IMG/VR virus record: IMGVR_UViG_3300025853_000050
DNA: 64,000 nucleotides
Reading direction: 5' to 3' (one strand)
From: a virus
Lineage: Duplodnaviria > Heunggongvirae > Uroviricota > Caudoviricetes
The notes beneath the pieces are model-generated. The model was given only the letters and a program-made list of their open reading frames with translations. It had not been told where the DNA came from and searched no databases. A program made the position numbers and the translations under genes. This document shows, one piece after another, positions 10,801-19,865 of the stretch; the stretch's first letter is position 1; each line of letters begins with the position of its first letter.

Positions 10801-11434
10801 TAAAGGACAAAGAGATACTACACATATGGGATTGCGCGGACAAGGCTATGCGCAAGGTAGTGTAGTAGAACCAAGTAGAGTATTTCAAGAATTAATAGAT
10901 AAAGGAATTATTCCAGAAGGAGCGAAAAAAATAATTGCTCAAGGGGCGAGTGTTGCTGGTCAACTTAGAGATGCAGCAAAAGCCCTTGGATTTGAAATTG
11001 TTGAAGGGAAAGGTTCCAAAGGATTAGTTGAAAATCCATCCGTTTCAGCTATTATTAAAATTTTGAATGAAAAATACGAAAATGGCGAAATTAGTGAAAA
11101 TACGCATAAAGAACTTGTTTCTGTAACCCTAGGAAAACCGCTTGAATTGCCTTCAAAGATCGAAGAAGAACCATTAGAACAAATCAATTATGAGTTGTTT
11201 AATCCACCAGATATATCTGGAACTGATGGGTTGGTTGAAGAACCTGAAAAACAACCTGAAGAACAACAATCAACTGACAACAGCGAACAGACACCTGGAG
11301 ATACTTCAGATGATAGAGATTGGCCAAATGCGCGCATTGATGCCGCCACATCAAGGAACGATCCCGATCCTGTCGACAAAGAAGAACCATATGATCCGGA
11401 TAAACACGATCCAAGAGGAAATGACTTTTGGTAA
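7841..11434 (+). CDS. large low-complexity structural protein with M23 (LytM) peptidase domain; tape-measure-like or virion lysin
   Basis: TTG start per the ORF track. HYGVDMYA (HxxxD) and APHLHFE (HxH) match the M23 zinc-site motifs. Long S/T/P/Q/A-rich regions and an acidic C-terminus. Confidence 0.55.
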   Translation: MNFREAASEKGIGGDLGQFMPNSQNDDLNIDSQINAIERNNIQTLGGIKTNNSLTQQNIRLQKEISQSLKTLNSFLEQSRSSFKSYGNMSSYGRPTPPKGPSAGASPNVSSSTLASDSASSLNTSLSAINKYMKSMTSASPTYTQTSGIGYGGSQLFHQPTATGGDIGGMFGSMLKKPIFAGLAAAALAANAAGASRATLSNTKNAHTSTNGLIPKAGPAGQALDAAVNVLQQFSPSNVSENSDSSVSSGSADFTSNVLKEIQERFGSSGDMPITQTPQSPSQTSLTTPAAQNIEQLAKNLGLPTGYNWPPGLLTEASSDPTLQFVLQNSGEAVIKSFINRYNTEHPNQPTSSQAPPTTPAAQTTNTIQPNQMPAEIRDPFKRDRFREELKDPKVLKRLQALTLSEVGYKDKETQMGLIETLMNRVNAHPGTYSSLMDAMGSGNSSYYAPFHSGGKFNQNYNKLMGDPALQAQMDKIVEQVLAGSNYSNFGTQNSSGSVAASAARSQTITGTGKVYNSKETWSRKDRSEYSNIHGAGIVREEQAWLEKTKKAYAAYQKWIAENGEVSSTITSPTQQSQQIPSTKKTQPVLSLFEQTKKTGVTETSQKVVGTKFYPYGKPGGAQLNVDKFGRITPITGALSYITPKGNVQGITSGAFDIRRTATGGTRKHYGVDMYAIDPVTNRLLIGQNAPIFAPVNGKIIQASSSVSPKAGKVIKIKGKDGIVYRFLHTGGPIINPNTGKPYKVGDDVTQGDQISTVTGSGTYFGRAAQKRYGEYLDAFERSFGKEKLTTEKKQEIYQRALDDTVKFLDENGWGEITAPHLHFETKEYGGGLLDPASVFDFIKDLERGYTKAKSTLFSAFQAEDMVDMKLQEPAVATTGKGSPNFAMVVQIAPGTGKRAKTQEQIEELIQTNIKKSGKDFTKVFILPHFSEKEAKMYINAAKAKGVDFVVLGREGHKMSKDFMEFLESNDVKKENIVTFKAEGLNNKGQRDTTHMGLRGQGYAQGSVVEPSRVFQELIDKGIIPEGAKKIIAQGASVAGQLRDAAKALGFEIVEGKGSKGLVENPSVSAIIKILNEKYENGEISENTHKELVSVTLGKPLELPSKIEEEPLEQINYELFNPPDISGTDGLVEEPEKQPEEQQSTDNSEQTPGDTSDDRDWPNARIDAATSRNDPDPVDKEEPYDPDKHDPRGNDFW

Positions 11435-11452
11435 ACCAAGGTAACTTCGTAT

Positions 11453-13561
11453 ATGCAAAATAACACATCACAAAACATAGAAATCTCGGAAAATATAAAT
11501 CCTTTCGAATTGGGGGTTGGAGATTTAATAGAAACTATTCGAGAATCCAACAGCTTAAAACTAAAACCTAGTTTAGAAAAAATAGCAAATAAAGGTTCTT
11601 CTATTTCAGAAGAAGTTAAAAATTTAAACAATTCTACTCAGCAATCTTTATTATCTCAAGGCCAAATTCTAAAAGAAATAGTTTCATTAACCAAAAATCT
11701 AAAAGAATTTGCGGAAGGAATAACTCGTTCAATTAGCAGTTTTGGTAATTTTTCTGCTGGAACACAATCACAATCGACGACCCCTTCACCAATTCAAAGC
11801 GGACTTGATAATATTTTATCATCATTTGGTATGGGCGGAGTGATTAGTGGATTATCGACAGGAACAGCTTTAATGGCTCCATTAGTTCCAAATTTAATTC
11901 AAAAGTCTTTTCCGGTAAATAGTTTTTTTGGAGGGAATTCTGGTGGAAATAGTAGAAGTAGTAATTTCAGAGGAAATTCCGGATTAGGATCTCTTGGTAA
12001 TTTTGTATCCGGAGTAAGATCATTAGGTTCTTCACTTCTTCCCAACCTCGGAGGAGGCGCTGCGACAGGATCTTCACTCTTTTCTAACCTCGGAAGAGGC
12101 GCTGCGACCGGATCTTCAACAGCACAAACATTATCTACACCAAGTACACCAAGTACAACAATATCCAATCCGCAAACAAGACCAGCAGTTGACCCGATTA
12201 AAGCCGCAATTAATCAACAAATAAAAGATGAAAATGATCCGATAAGTAATTTCAGTATGTCAAAACAACCTGATATTTTGGAAACTTTCAGTAATGATTA
12301 TACCTCACCGCTTCCTTTTGCGAAAAAAGATAATTTTTTATCTGAATATTTGGATACTAATCTTACTAATCAACGAGTAGATGCTGTTAAGAAATCTATT
12401 GAATCTTCGACTGGGATTGAAAATAGTACTCCTGCGGCACCAACTCAAGCTTCGTCAGCAACTCAAACTCAACAAGAGCAAGAACCCAGCACACCTGATA
12501 AATTAGCAAATTATTTCGAAGCCGCAGATCCGAAAAATATTTCTACCTTTGAATCTATAGTGAATAGATTTATAAAAGATGGAAAAGGCCCTTTTGTTGG
12601 AAACCTTTCAGAAGCAGAAATCAAAGCTCTAGAAGAAATGAAAAATGCTGGCTTATTTAGTTCAGATTTAGACCCACAAGAACGAGCTGAAAGATTAAGA
12701 TCTGTATTACAAGACCCATATATAAGAGAAGGGGCTCTTAGTATTAGTAAAGATTTAAGCGGAGCATGGATAAAGCCAGTTAAAGAGCTTGGAGAAACCA
12801 TCTTCGAAGAAATTAATGTTATGAATCAACCCCCGCAACCACAACAAACACCACAACAAACAAATACGCCGCAACGACAACAAACACCACAACAAACAAC
12901 CCCCGATAATGGAGGACCATTGGGGCCAGCTGTTTCTAATTTTTCAAAATTGTATCCAGCTCCGCCGGGAACTGAGTCTCCTGATATTCTTAATGATATA
13001 TTTGATAGAACTTTATATAGCGGGCCGCGAATTTCTAATACAACAAAATCCACAACCGGAGAAATTCCAATAACCCCATCAAGAGCCCAAGTTAATGGAG
13101 TCGGGTCGTCTGCTACGGAGAATTCTTCTAGTTCTCCATTATCGATACCAAAACTCCCTACATTATCAGAAACAACTTTACCTTTATCTTCCGAACAATT
13201 AAATACAATGCCAACTCCAGTACAGCCCGCTGGGGGTAGTGCTGAAGCCATTGAAGTTAATTCTCCAACTAAAGATACACCGTTATCATTGAATGCAGAA
13301 ATGGCTAATCAACCACCAGTTACAGATTCAAGTGAACTAGTAGATCCTACTGCTGGACAGAAGGTCGCCGCAAATGATGCAGCTAAAAACATGGAACTTA
13401 TAAGACAACAAAGTTCAGAAGATAGTCGTAATACTGGCCCTGATAACGGACCTTCGGATTCAATCTCTGGTAAAGGAAGACCGCCATCATTTACGCAGAC
13501 GGCCAGAAATATAGAACCATCGCCAACACATAGAGGTTCGGTAAGTACGAAAGTTGGGTAA
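11453..13561 (+). CDS. low-complexity S/T/P/Q-rich structural protein
   Basis: 702-aa ORF with PQQT repeats (QPPQPQQTPQQTNTPQRQQTPQQTTP) and GGNS repeats; follows the M23 protein. Confidence 0.4.
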   Translation: MQNNTSQNIEISENINPFELGVGDLIETIRESNSLKLKPSLEKIANKGSSISEEVKNLNNSTQQSLLSQGQILKEIVSLTKNLKEFAEGITRSISSFGNFSAGTQSQSTTPSPIQSGLDNILSSFGMGGVISGLSTGTALMAPLVPNLIQKSFPVNSFFGGNSGGNSRSSNFRGNSGLGSLGNFVSGVRSLGSSLLPNLGGGAATGSSLFSNLGRGAATGSSTAQTLSTPSTPSTTISNPQTRPAVDPIKAAINQQIKDENDPISNFSMSKQPDILETFSNDYTSPLPFAKKDNFLSEYLDTNLTNQRVDAVKKSIESSTGIENSTPAAPTQASSATQTQQEQEPSTPDKLANYFEAADPKNISTFESIVNRFIKDGKGPFVGNLSEAEIKALEEMKNAGLFSSDLDPQERAERLRSVLQDPYIREGALSISKDLSGAWIKPVKELGETIFEEINVMNQPPQPQQTPQQTNTPQRQQTPQQTTPDNGGPLGPAVSNFSKLYPAPPGTESPDILNDIFDRTLYSGPRISNTTKSTTGEIPITPSRAQVNGVGSSATENSSSSPLSIPKLPTLSETTLPLSSEQLNTMPTPVQPAGGSAEAIEVNSPTKDTPLSLNAEMANQPPVTDSSELVDPTAGQKVAANDAAKNMELIRQQSSEDSRNTGPDNGPSDSISGKGRPPSFTQTARNIEPSPTHRGSVSTKVG

Positions 13562-13579
13562 ATATTTAATAGAATTAAC

Positions 13580-13610
13580 AAAAAAGGGAGCGAAAGCTCC
13601 CTTTAGTTTT
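13580..13610. terminator. bidirectional rho-independent terminator between convergent genes
   Basis: gggagcgaaagctccc hairpin flanked by A-run and T-run. Confidence 0.6.
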
Positions 13611-14514
13611 ACTTATTTGCCAAGTTTTCAAAAAACTCTAACGAATCATCCTCATCATCATCGCCACTCATACTAAATGGCGGGGTTTCATCTTCTTCAA
13701 TAGAAGGGGCTGCCATTTCTCGTTGAGGTTTAGGTTGTAATTCCTCAATAGTTTCTGCTCGACTAGAACGATCCGTTTCCAAATCTTCGGCCAGAACTTT
13801 GGCCAATTTACGCTTCAATTCATCATAGCTTTTGAAGTTATCTGGTTTTAGGAAGTCAGCCAAACTAGCTTCTTGTTTCCAGATTGCTTCCAATTCAGAG
13901 TCATCATCCAAAAGAGCACCAGGAGAAGCAAACTCAGATTTATCATAGTTTCGGTATCCTTCTACATTACGAATTTTAAGTTTAAAGTTCGCGCCGTTCC
14001 AAAAATCAAACGGGTTAATTGGCGTTTCGTCTTGATATTGAGGATTCATTGCATCATTAAGCTTATCAAAAATCTTTTTACCGTACTTATAAAGAAATAC
14101 TTTACCTTCATTTGCAGGGTTAGCCGGGTCTTCAACTACGTAGATGTTAGAAATAAAATGAAGTCTACGTTTTTGCTTACGGGCGATTGCTTTATTGTCA
14201 TCAATACCACTGTTCCAAAGCTTTGAATTATATTCTGATACAGGATCATTTTGACCAATTGTGGTCAAAGAGTTTTCGATATACCAACCGCCTGGGCCTT
14301 GAAAGCCATGATCAAACAAACGTACAAATGGTACGTCTTCATCATTAGGTGCTGGGAGAAATCGGATAACTGCGTAACCGTTACCTGCTTTATCAACAGT
14401 TGGGGACCAAAAACGATCATCAGAAGAACGTTCGTTGCCAGATACAGCCGCTAGTTTTTTGGTCAAATCATCCATAGATTTAGATGACTGAGATTTAAGT
14501 TTTGAAAAATCCAT
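13609..14514 (-). CDS. 32: single-stranded DNA-binding protein gp32
   Basis: AGNGYAVIRFLP, NEGKVFLYKYGKKIFDKLN, GANFKLKIRNVEGYRNYDKSEF and an acidic C-terminal tail align closely with T4 gp32. Confidence 0.85.
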   Translation of the reverse strand: MDFSKLKSQSSKSMDDLTKKLAAVSGNERSSDDRFWSPTVDKAGNGYAVIRFLPAPNDEDVPFVRLFDHGFQGPGGWYIENSLTTIGQNDPVSEYNSKLWNSGIDDNKAIARKQKRRLHFISNIYVVEDPANPANEGKVFLYKYGKKIFDKLNDAMNPQYQDETPINPFDFWNGANFKLKIRNVEGYRNYDKSEFASPGALLDDDSELEAIWKQEASLADFLKPDNFKSYDELKRKLAKVLAEDLETDRSSRAETIEELQPKPQREMAAPSIEEDETPPFSMSGDDDEDDSLEFFENLANK

Positions 14515-14588
14515 ATTAGTATATTCCTTATATAATGTATATTTTATATTGTTGTATATGTATTGGATACTTCCGTATCCGCAAGTGT

Positions 14589-14596
14589 ATTTATAT
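14589..14596 (-). promoter_or_regulatory. late promoter TATAAATA upstream of gene 32
   Basis: Plus strand reads TATTTATA in the AT-rich 59-32 intergenic leader. T4 gene 32 is also served by a late promoter. Confidence 0.4.
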
Positions 14597-14598
14597 TA

Positions 14599-15183
14599 CT
14601 ATAAATTTGTGAAGAATTCAAGGACTATCTTTTTATATTTATCTTCGTCAAACTTAATTAATGGCGTATATTTTTCGATAGTCAATTTTATAGTTTCGTA
14701 AATAGGATCATATTCCATAATATCATCCCAGTATTTTTTCGATTTGGTTACTTTCAATAAAATACATAATGTTTCAAGGCTAATAACTTCAGCCAAATAT
14801 AACCTAAAAAGAAATGGATGAGATTCGTTTTTAGTGGGTTTAAAATTAGAATTAAATTCTTCATCTAATTTACCCAACTCCGTCTTAAAATGATAAGATA
14901 AAGATTGTTGCCTTTTTTTCCATTCCAAATAAATCTGTTCTGCATTTTCACTATACGCCAATTCTTTGACCCATACTTTAGGATCTTTAACTAGATTTGC
15001 GATTAAGAAATTGTGAACATTTTCATGTTTGGCTAGTTTATCAAAAAAGACTTTATCTTTTCTTTTATTAAACGAATCTTGATTAGATCTTACTTTGCCG
15101 TTATACTTAATATAATCGTATGTAGGTTTAGTAAAATGTTGCTTTAAAGCAAGATATTCTTTATAAGCTTCATAACCATTCAT
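14599..15183 (-). CDS. 59: helicase loader gp59
   Basis: NGKVRSNQDSFNKRKDKVFFDKLAKH matches the T4 gp59 region (YQKRRDKYFFQKLS). Position between 33-like and 32 as in T4. Confidence 0.7.
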   Translation of the reverse strand: MNGYEAYKEYLALKQHFTKPTYDYIKYNGKVRSNQDSFNKRKDKVFFDKLAKHENVHNFLIANLVKDPKVWVKELAYSENAEQIYLEWKKRQQSLSYHFKTELGKLDEEFNSNFKPTKNESHPFLFRLYLAEVISLETLCILLKVTKSKKYWDDIMEYDPIYETIKLTIEKYTPLIKFDEDKYKKIVLEFFTNL

Positions 15184-15186
15184 AAT

Positions 15187-15411
15187 TTAAATTGGCAATT
15201 GCGCCCCACGTTTCAAGATATTAAGATTTTCTGCTTCAGTTTGAATTTTAGATTTCATTGTTCGATCTCGTTTAATCCAATAAGCAGCAGTTTCAACTTC
15301 TAAATTATTTTTATCACACCATTCAATGACAGCATCAATATATTCCATTTTCTTTTCTTTACATAGAAGTTCTATTTCATCAACGAATTTATTTTTGTCA
15401 GTTGGTACCAT
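15187..15411 (-). CDS. gp33-like late transcription accessory protein (by synteny)
   Basis: 74-aa ORF immediately upstream of 59 in the T4 33-59-32 arrangement. Confidence 0.35.
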   Translation of the reverse strand: MVPTDKNKFVDEIELLCKEKKMEYIDAVIEWCDKNNLEVETAAYWIKRDRTMKSKIQTEAENLNILKRGAQLPI

Positions 15412-15437
15412 AATATTATTAACAATCTTTAGGTGAA

Positions 15438-15455
15438 AGGGGAGCCGAAGCTCCC
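15438..15455 (-). terminator. rho-independent terminator
   Basis: ggggagccgaagctcccc hairpin downstream of the 15466 gene. Confidence 0.55.
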
Positions 15456-15465
15456 CTGTGATAAT

Positions 15466-15834
15466 TTACCACTCGTAGCGAAGGCCAATTGAAGTTTCAT
15501 TATATTCAACCCCAAGACCATTAGCTGCATCTGGATTACCAGCAAACTCAAATGCCATATACGCATCTACTTGAGGTAGAATTGCATAATCTGCACCAAA
15601 GGTAACATCACTCAAAGTCAAATCAACTTCTTGAGCTACTTGAAGTTCAGTTTCAGTCCACAAGCTAACTGAGTTGATATCATAAGCAACACCGCCTCCA
15701 AGTGTTACATCTTGGGCATTTACCCCATATTCTGCAAAAGCCTCACCAGACCAAACGCCTGGTTGCATTCCACCAGCCAAGGCTGCTGTTGTTGAAACTA
15801 CCAATGCAGTAGTTGCAATCAAAAATGTTTTCAT
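15466..15834 (-). CDS. small secreted outer-membrane-protein-like protein (signal peptide, acidic beta-rich, C-terminal aromatic)
   Basis: MKTFLIATTALVVSTTAALAGG signal peptide; alternating beta-strand-like pattern; ends LRYEW. Start taken at the internal Met of ORF 15466..15900. Confidence 0.4.
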   Translation of the reverse strand: MKTFLIATTALVVSTTAALAGGMQPGVWSGEAFAEYGVNAQDVTLGGGVAYDINSVSLWTETELQVAQEVDLTLSDVTFGADYAILPQVDAYMAFEFAGNPDAANGLGVEYNETSIGLRYEW

Positions 15835-16154
15835 GTTAAACCTTTCATAAAATTTTAGGAAATAATGCCACACTTCTGTTTCGAGGCAGTGGCCGCCCAA
15901 TGATTACGCAGCTAAGGCGTAATCAAATGCTTTGAAGTTATCGTTAGCATTTATTTTTAAATAGCGTATTCTACAGAGAACTTACTTATTACCAGTCGAA
16001 CCTGAATCGTCCCCATCAAAAGAGTACTGGACGTTTGGAAAATCTATTACACCAGGTTTATTCCAACCCTGATAACCAATACTCTTCTGGTGGAGACGAC
16101 GGGAACTGCCCCCGTGTCCTGAATAACTTTTAGAATCTGATAATCAAATCCGCT

Positions 16155-16200
16155 TATTATTTATATAGTATATTTAATTTTAGTTTAGAAGTAAAGGAAT
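16155..16200 (-). promoter_or_regulatory. T4-type early promoter (minus strand)
   Basis: Reverse complement reads CCTTTACTTCT..(17)..TATACT/TATAAATAAT upstream of the 15834 gene region. Confidence 0.35.
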
Positions 16201-16225
16201 TTTTATAAGTTATCAACTGTTTTTT

Positions 16226-16582
16226 TTACCAAGTTATTATGTACTGACAATTTTGTTCAGATTTAATACTAAAGCCATCTTTACGTAATAAATCCATAAC
16301 TTCTTTTATCGTCTTTCCGGTTACAATATGATTTGAAATTGTCCATCTATTATTAACTTTATCATAACAAGAACTGCTGGTATAAGTATAATATTTTTCT
16401 TTACCTAATTCTTTTGAATGCTCTTTATCAAGTTCCGTGAAAAAATGCGTTAATCCAAAACTGCCTTTTTCGGCTTCATTTTCTATGCGTTTAGTTAACA
16501 TATTATAAACATCATTCACAGAACTTAATTTATATTGTTCAAATGTAATTTTACGTATTTCTTGCGCTTTATTCATCTTCAT
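16226..16582 (-). CDS. hypothetical protein
   Basis: 118-aa ORF. Confidence 0.3.
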   Translation of the reverse strand: MKMNKAQEIRKITFEQYKLSSVNDVYNMLTKRIENEAEKGSFGLTHFFTELDKEHSKELGKEKYYTYTSSSCYDKVNNRWTISNHIVTGKTIKEVMDLLRKDGFSIKSEQNCQYIITW

Positions 16583-16796
16583 CGTCTATATTCTCTTCGT
16601 CTTGATATTTTTCTGATTGAACTGTTTCTTTCGTAATTTCAACCCAATCCCACCGTTTACGAAAACCATATTCATATTCTTCATTAAGTTTATTTATCAA
16701 TTGTTGAGCTTCTTCCCTAGTTTCAAAAATACCTTTAAGATCTCCGGGCCCAGTTGGGTAATATTGATCCCCAGCCCATACACAATATACAATCAT
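16569..16796 (-). CDS. hypothetical acidic protein
   Basis: 75-aa ORF overlapping its neighbours by a few nt. Confidence 0.3.
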   Translation of the reverse strand: MIVYCVWAGDQYYPTGPGDLKGIFETREEAQQLINKLNEEYEYGFRKRWDWVEITKETVQSEKYQDEENIDDEDE

Positions 16797-17929
16797 TACG
16801 TCACCCTCAATAAAATTGTGTTATCATTAATACGATGAGCCAAGGTTGTTTCTTTGTCCATCTCGTCCATCAGCTTACGGAGGACGATTTTACCACCTTT
16901 AAGTACTCGTTCAACAAAATAATCCGGTTTGCGACCAGTTCGTTTAGTATGAGAATTTTGTTCATCATAATTAATGATGCTAGTACCTTTAACTTGCAAA
17001 CCTTCTCGATTCAAAGCCCTGAATACCGTCATGACTTTGTACTTAGTGTTAAAAGTCCATAACTCGGTGGCTCCAATAATCTTTTCCGGGTCAACAGAAG
17101 CAATTTTGTAATTCGTATCTTCTTTTTGATATTTCAGAGATTTAATCTTTTTGGCCGCCGGAATAGATTTTGGTTTACGGGGCTTACGAACTTTTTTGGT
17201 TACTTCCCCATAACGAGTAGCATCATCAACCAACATCATAAAGAACTTAATTTCTTTGGCTAGCTGACGTTTTTTCAAATATGCATAAGCTTCGTTAAGA
17301 TCTTTGTCTTTGCCTTCCTCTACTTCCAAATATTCAATCATAACAGGCGTATAAAAGTCAACAATATGTTTGGCGTAAGCCGCAGGAATATCCTGCTCTT
17401 TTAACCAATTATACAAAGAGAATTCCGGTTGATTTTCACGATCATCAACAATAGACTCAATCTCTCCGATAATATCGTTGGCTTTTTCTCTCATTCGATC
17501 TTGAATCGAAATTACCGGAGCTACTGGTTTCTTTTCTTTTTTAGTATTTTCATTGGAAGGAATTTTATTAAAAGATTTATTAATCTCTTCCATCATATAT
17601 TCAAAAGAGGATTCCGCAAGGGGCATACCACGAGATAGCATGCGAGCTACCCATGCTGCAGTATTTGGAACCCATACATCAGGAACTTTTCTGAATTTAC
17701 GCAATTCAGTATTGAGATCAGTTTCTTTCAAAAACTCCTCAATAAATTTACGAGCTTCTGCGGCCGAACACATATACGTATACCAGTTAAGCGCGCCGAT
17801 ATAATCAGATTGCGAATAACCTTCTTTCAAGACTGGTTCTTCACCGAAGTATTTTGCGTTAATCAGACTTGCTTGAGTCTTAGTCAACGATACTTTCTTT
17901 TTCTTTCGAACAGTAAGACCTCTGGCCAT
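16796..17929 (-). CDS. hypothetical protein (basic N-terminus)
   Basis: 377-aa ORF; no motif recognised. Confidence 0.35.
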   Translation of the reverse strand: MARGLTVRKKKKVSLTKTQASLINAKYFGEEPVLKEGYSQSDYIGALNWYTYMCSAAEARKFIEEFLKETDLNTELRKFRKVPDVWVPNTAAWVARMLSRGMPLAESSFEYMMEEINKSFNKIPSNENTKKEKKPVAPVISIQDRMREKANDIIGEIESIVDDRENQPEFSLYNWLKEQDIPAAYAKHIVDFYTPVMIEYLEVEEGKDKDLNEAYAYLKKRQLAKEIKFFMMLVDDATRYGEVTKKVRKPRKPKSIPAAKKIKSLKYQKEDTNYKIASVDPEKIIGATELWTFNTKYKVMTVFRALNREGLQVKGTSIINYDEQNSHTKRTGRKPDYFVERVLKGGKIVLRKLMDEMDKETTLAHRINDNTILLRVT

Positions 17930-17995
17930 GTTTAATTCCTTTATTCGTTACAGGTGTAATTATACTAGGTTTTAGGCCAGAGGTCAAGCCTTTTT

Positions 17996-18922
17996 TTATG
18001 ACGCCTCTGCCATTTCAACTGCTAGCTCCAGGGCTTTGGTCTTCAACTTCTTGTTTGGACCATACCAAGAAGAAGTAATTCGACCTTCCTGAGTTCGACC
18101 CATAAGGTGATCTGTGGTATAGGTAACAGCATTAAATACTGGCCACCAAGTACCTTGAGCATATTCCGCACCTGGTTGACTATCAACTACCGACAAAGCA
18201 GTAGAAGCATTTTTGGACATATCTTTAGCGCCATTTGTAGGAAATAGGCGCTTGAAGTAATCAACAACATGTTCGCCCTTGGCCCGTTTACTTCCCAAAA
18301 ATTCAGCCATCTCTTTATACTTCTGTAACTTATCAGTGGCAATACCCAGTACTTCCTTGGCCTGTTCAGGATCAAACTCTCGACGGTGAGAGAACTTTGC
18401 CATCCGATCAACCTTACCATTCAACGAAAGGGTTAGGGTATTGTTACAAACCACTCGAATCGGAGTGAATCGAATATCGGTAGAAAAACCATACTTGTGG
18501 AAGTTAGTGAACAAGAGATAAGAATCAATACGGTCGCTTTTAAACAACTCAAAAGACTCCTTTACTTTAGCCAAGCCCCAAACGATCCGACCTTCCTGAA
18601 GAGAACCAGCAGTATGCATTTCCATGTCACCGGCATTTACATACTCATTAAAAAACTCAAAGGCTTCTTGATTCTGCACCGGATTCCAATCATCAGTAAC
18701 AACATCAAGGATGCTATTATCCGAACTACGAACCAGTGCATTACGACCAATTTCTTTCACATCATCATTAAGAACGATCATTGCAGGATATTTTTTAACT
18801 GTCCAATCAATCCCCGCTTCGCGGAGCATTTGCTCGGGAGATAAATCAGCAATTACTTCTTTACCCAGACCATGCCATGGAACTTCTCCAGCATATGCCA
18901 TAGTTTCAACATTATGAGCCAT
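17996..18922 (-). CDS. phage/plasmid-like conserved protein (DUF932-like, tentative)
   Basis: 308-aa ORF; resemblance by memory only. Confidence 0.3.
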   Translation of the reverse strand: MAHNVETMAYAGEVPWHGLGKEVIADLSPEQMLREAGIDWTVKKYPAMIVLNDDVKEIGRNALVRSSDNSILDVVTDDWNPVQNQEAFEFFNEYVNAGDMEMHTAGSLQEGRIVWGLAKVKESFELFKSDRIDSYLLFTNFHKYGFSTDIRFTPIRVVCNNTLTLSLNGKVDRMAKFSHRREFDPEQAKEVLGIATDKLQKYKEMAEFLGSKRAKGEHVVDYFKRLFPTNGAKDMSKNASTALSVVDSQPGAEYAQGTWWPVFNAVTYTTDHLMGRTQEGRITSSWYGPNKKLKTKALELAVEMAEAS

Positions 18923-18995
18923 AATATAATTCCTTTCGTTAACTCAACCATAATCATATTATAATAAAACTTTTTAAAAAAGTAAAGATTTAATT

Positions 18996-19229
18996 TTAAT
19001 ATCTTTTGACTCGATACATTTCTTGCAATGCGTCATAAATTCGAGTCTTATCATTGCTCCGTAATTCGATGGTGGCATCAACCAAATCCATCAAGAAACG
19101 TATATCATCTTTGTTTAGACGGTTAAACCCTTCTCTCAAGATTACGTATCCGTTACACTGAAGATACTCAATCATTTCCTCGTCATCAATCTCAACTTCA
19201 ACATCAGTCTCATATATCATTATCAGCAA
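18996..19229 (-). CDS. hypothetical acidic protein
   Basis: 77-aa ORF. Confidence 0.3.
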   Translation of the reverse strand: MLIMIYETDVEVEIDDEEMIEYLQCNGYVILREGFNRLNKDDIRFLMDLVDATIELRSNDKTRIYDALQEMYRVKRY

Positions 19230-19394
19230 CTCCTAATCTATTATTTCATTTACCACAAAGTGATTATACTAAAGCTTTGGAGAAAAGTAAAGAAAAAAAT
19301 AGATATAATCAGAAAAAAATTAAAATAAATTTTAAGGAGAACTCAAAAAGCATCAGAACCCAAAAAAACAATCAAGAGTACATAAAAATATCTT

Positions 19395-19430
19395 TACATT
19401 TCACTTTATATAAATTATAATATACTTAAT
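19395..19430 (+). promoter_or_regulatory. early promoter TTTACA-17-TATAAT
   Basis: ctttacatttcactttatataaattataat upstream of ATG 19452. Confidence 0.4.
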
Positions 19431-19451
19431 TTTCAAATAAGGAAAAAGAAA

Positions 19452-19865
19452 ATGCTTTTACTCTTAAAGCAAGTTTTCAGTGGAGTCTTCACAAAAGTAT
19501 TAATAACACTGTTAATTGGAATGACAGGCTGGAATGTTTATAATCAGGTCACAACCAAAAACTTAAAGTCGCAATATCTTCAACTCTTAAGTGACAATGG
19601 AGTTTTGGTCAGAAATGTTGAGAGTAGTGTAGAGACTATCAACAGCCTCAAAGACTCAATTGAAAAATATGAAGAGCTAAACAATAAATTGCAACAAAAT
19701 TTGACGGCTTCCAATGGAAGGGTTAGAGTTTTACAAGAAAAATTAAATAAACACGATTTGACTGATTTATCCATTAAGAAACCAACACTAATCGAAAAGA
19801 GAATGCAAAATGCAACGAATGAAACTTTTAATAATTTCTTTGATTTCACTGGCCCTTCTAACTAG
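19452..19865 (+). CDS. i-spanin (inner-membrane spanin, Rz/PseT.3-like)
   Basis: N-terminal TM segment then a coiled-coil-rich periplasmic domain; overlaps the downstream lipoprotein gene. Confidence 0.5.
   Translation: MLLLLKQVFSGVFTKVLITLLIGMTGWNVYNQVTTKNLKSQYLQLLSDNGVLVRNVESSVETINSLKDSIEKYEELNNKLQQNLTASNGRVRVLQEKLNKHDLTDLSIKKPTLIEKRMQNATNETFNNFFDFTGPSN

Noticed and set aside
9498-11631. Antisense or alternate-frame ORFs inside the 1197-aa gene (9498..9746, 10234..10668, 10960..11187, 11188..11631, 11190..11444, 11199..11471)
   Set aside because: Embedded in a long, motif-supported ORF; low-complexity composition produces spurious open frames.
11899-13581. Antisense ORFs within the 702-aa gene (11899..12168, 12511..12801, 12826..13251, 13309..13581)
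   Set aside because: Same reasoning; repeat-rich sequence yields open antisense frames.
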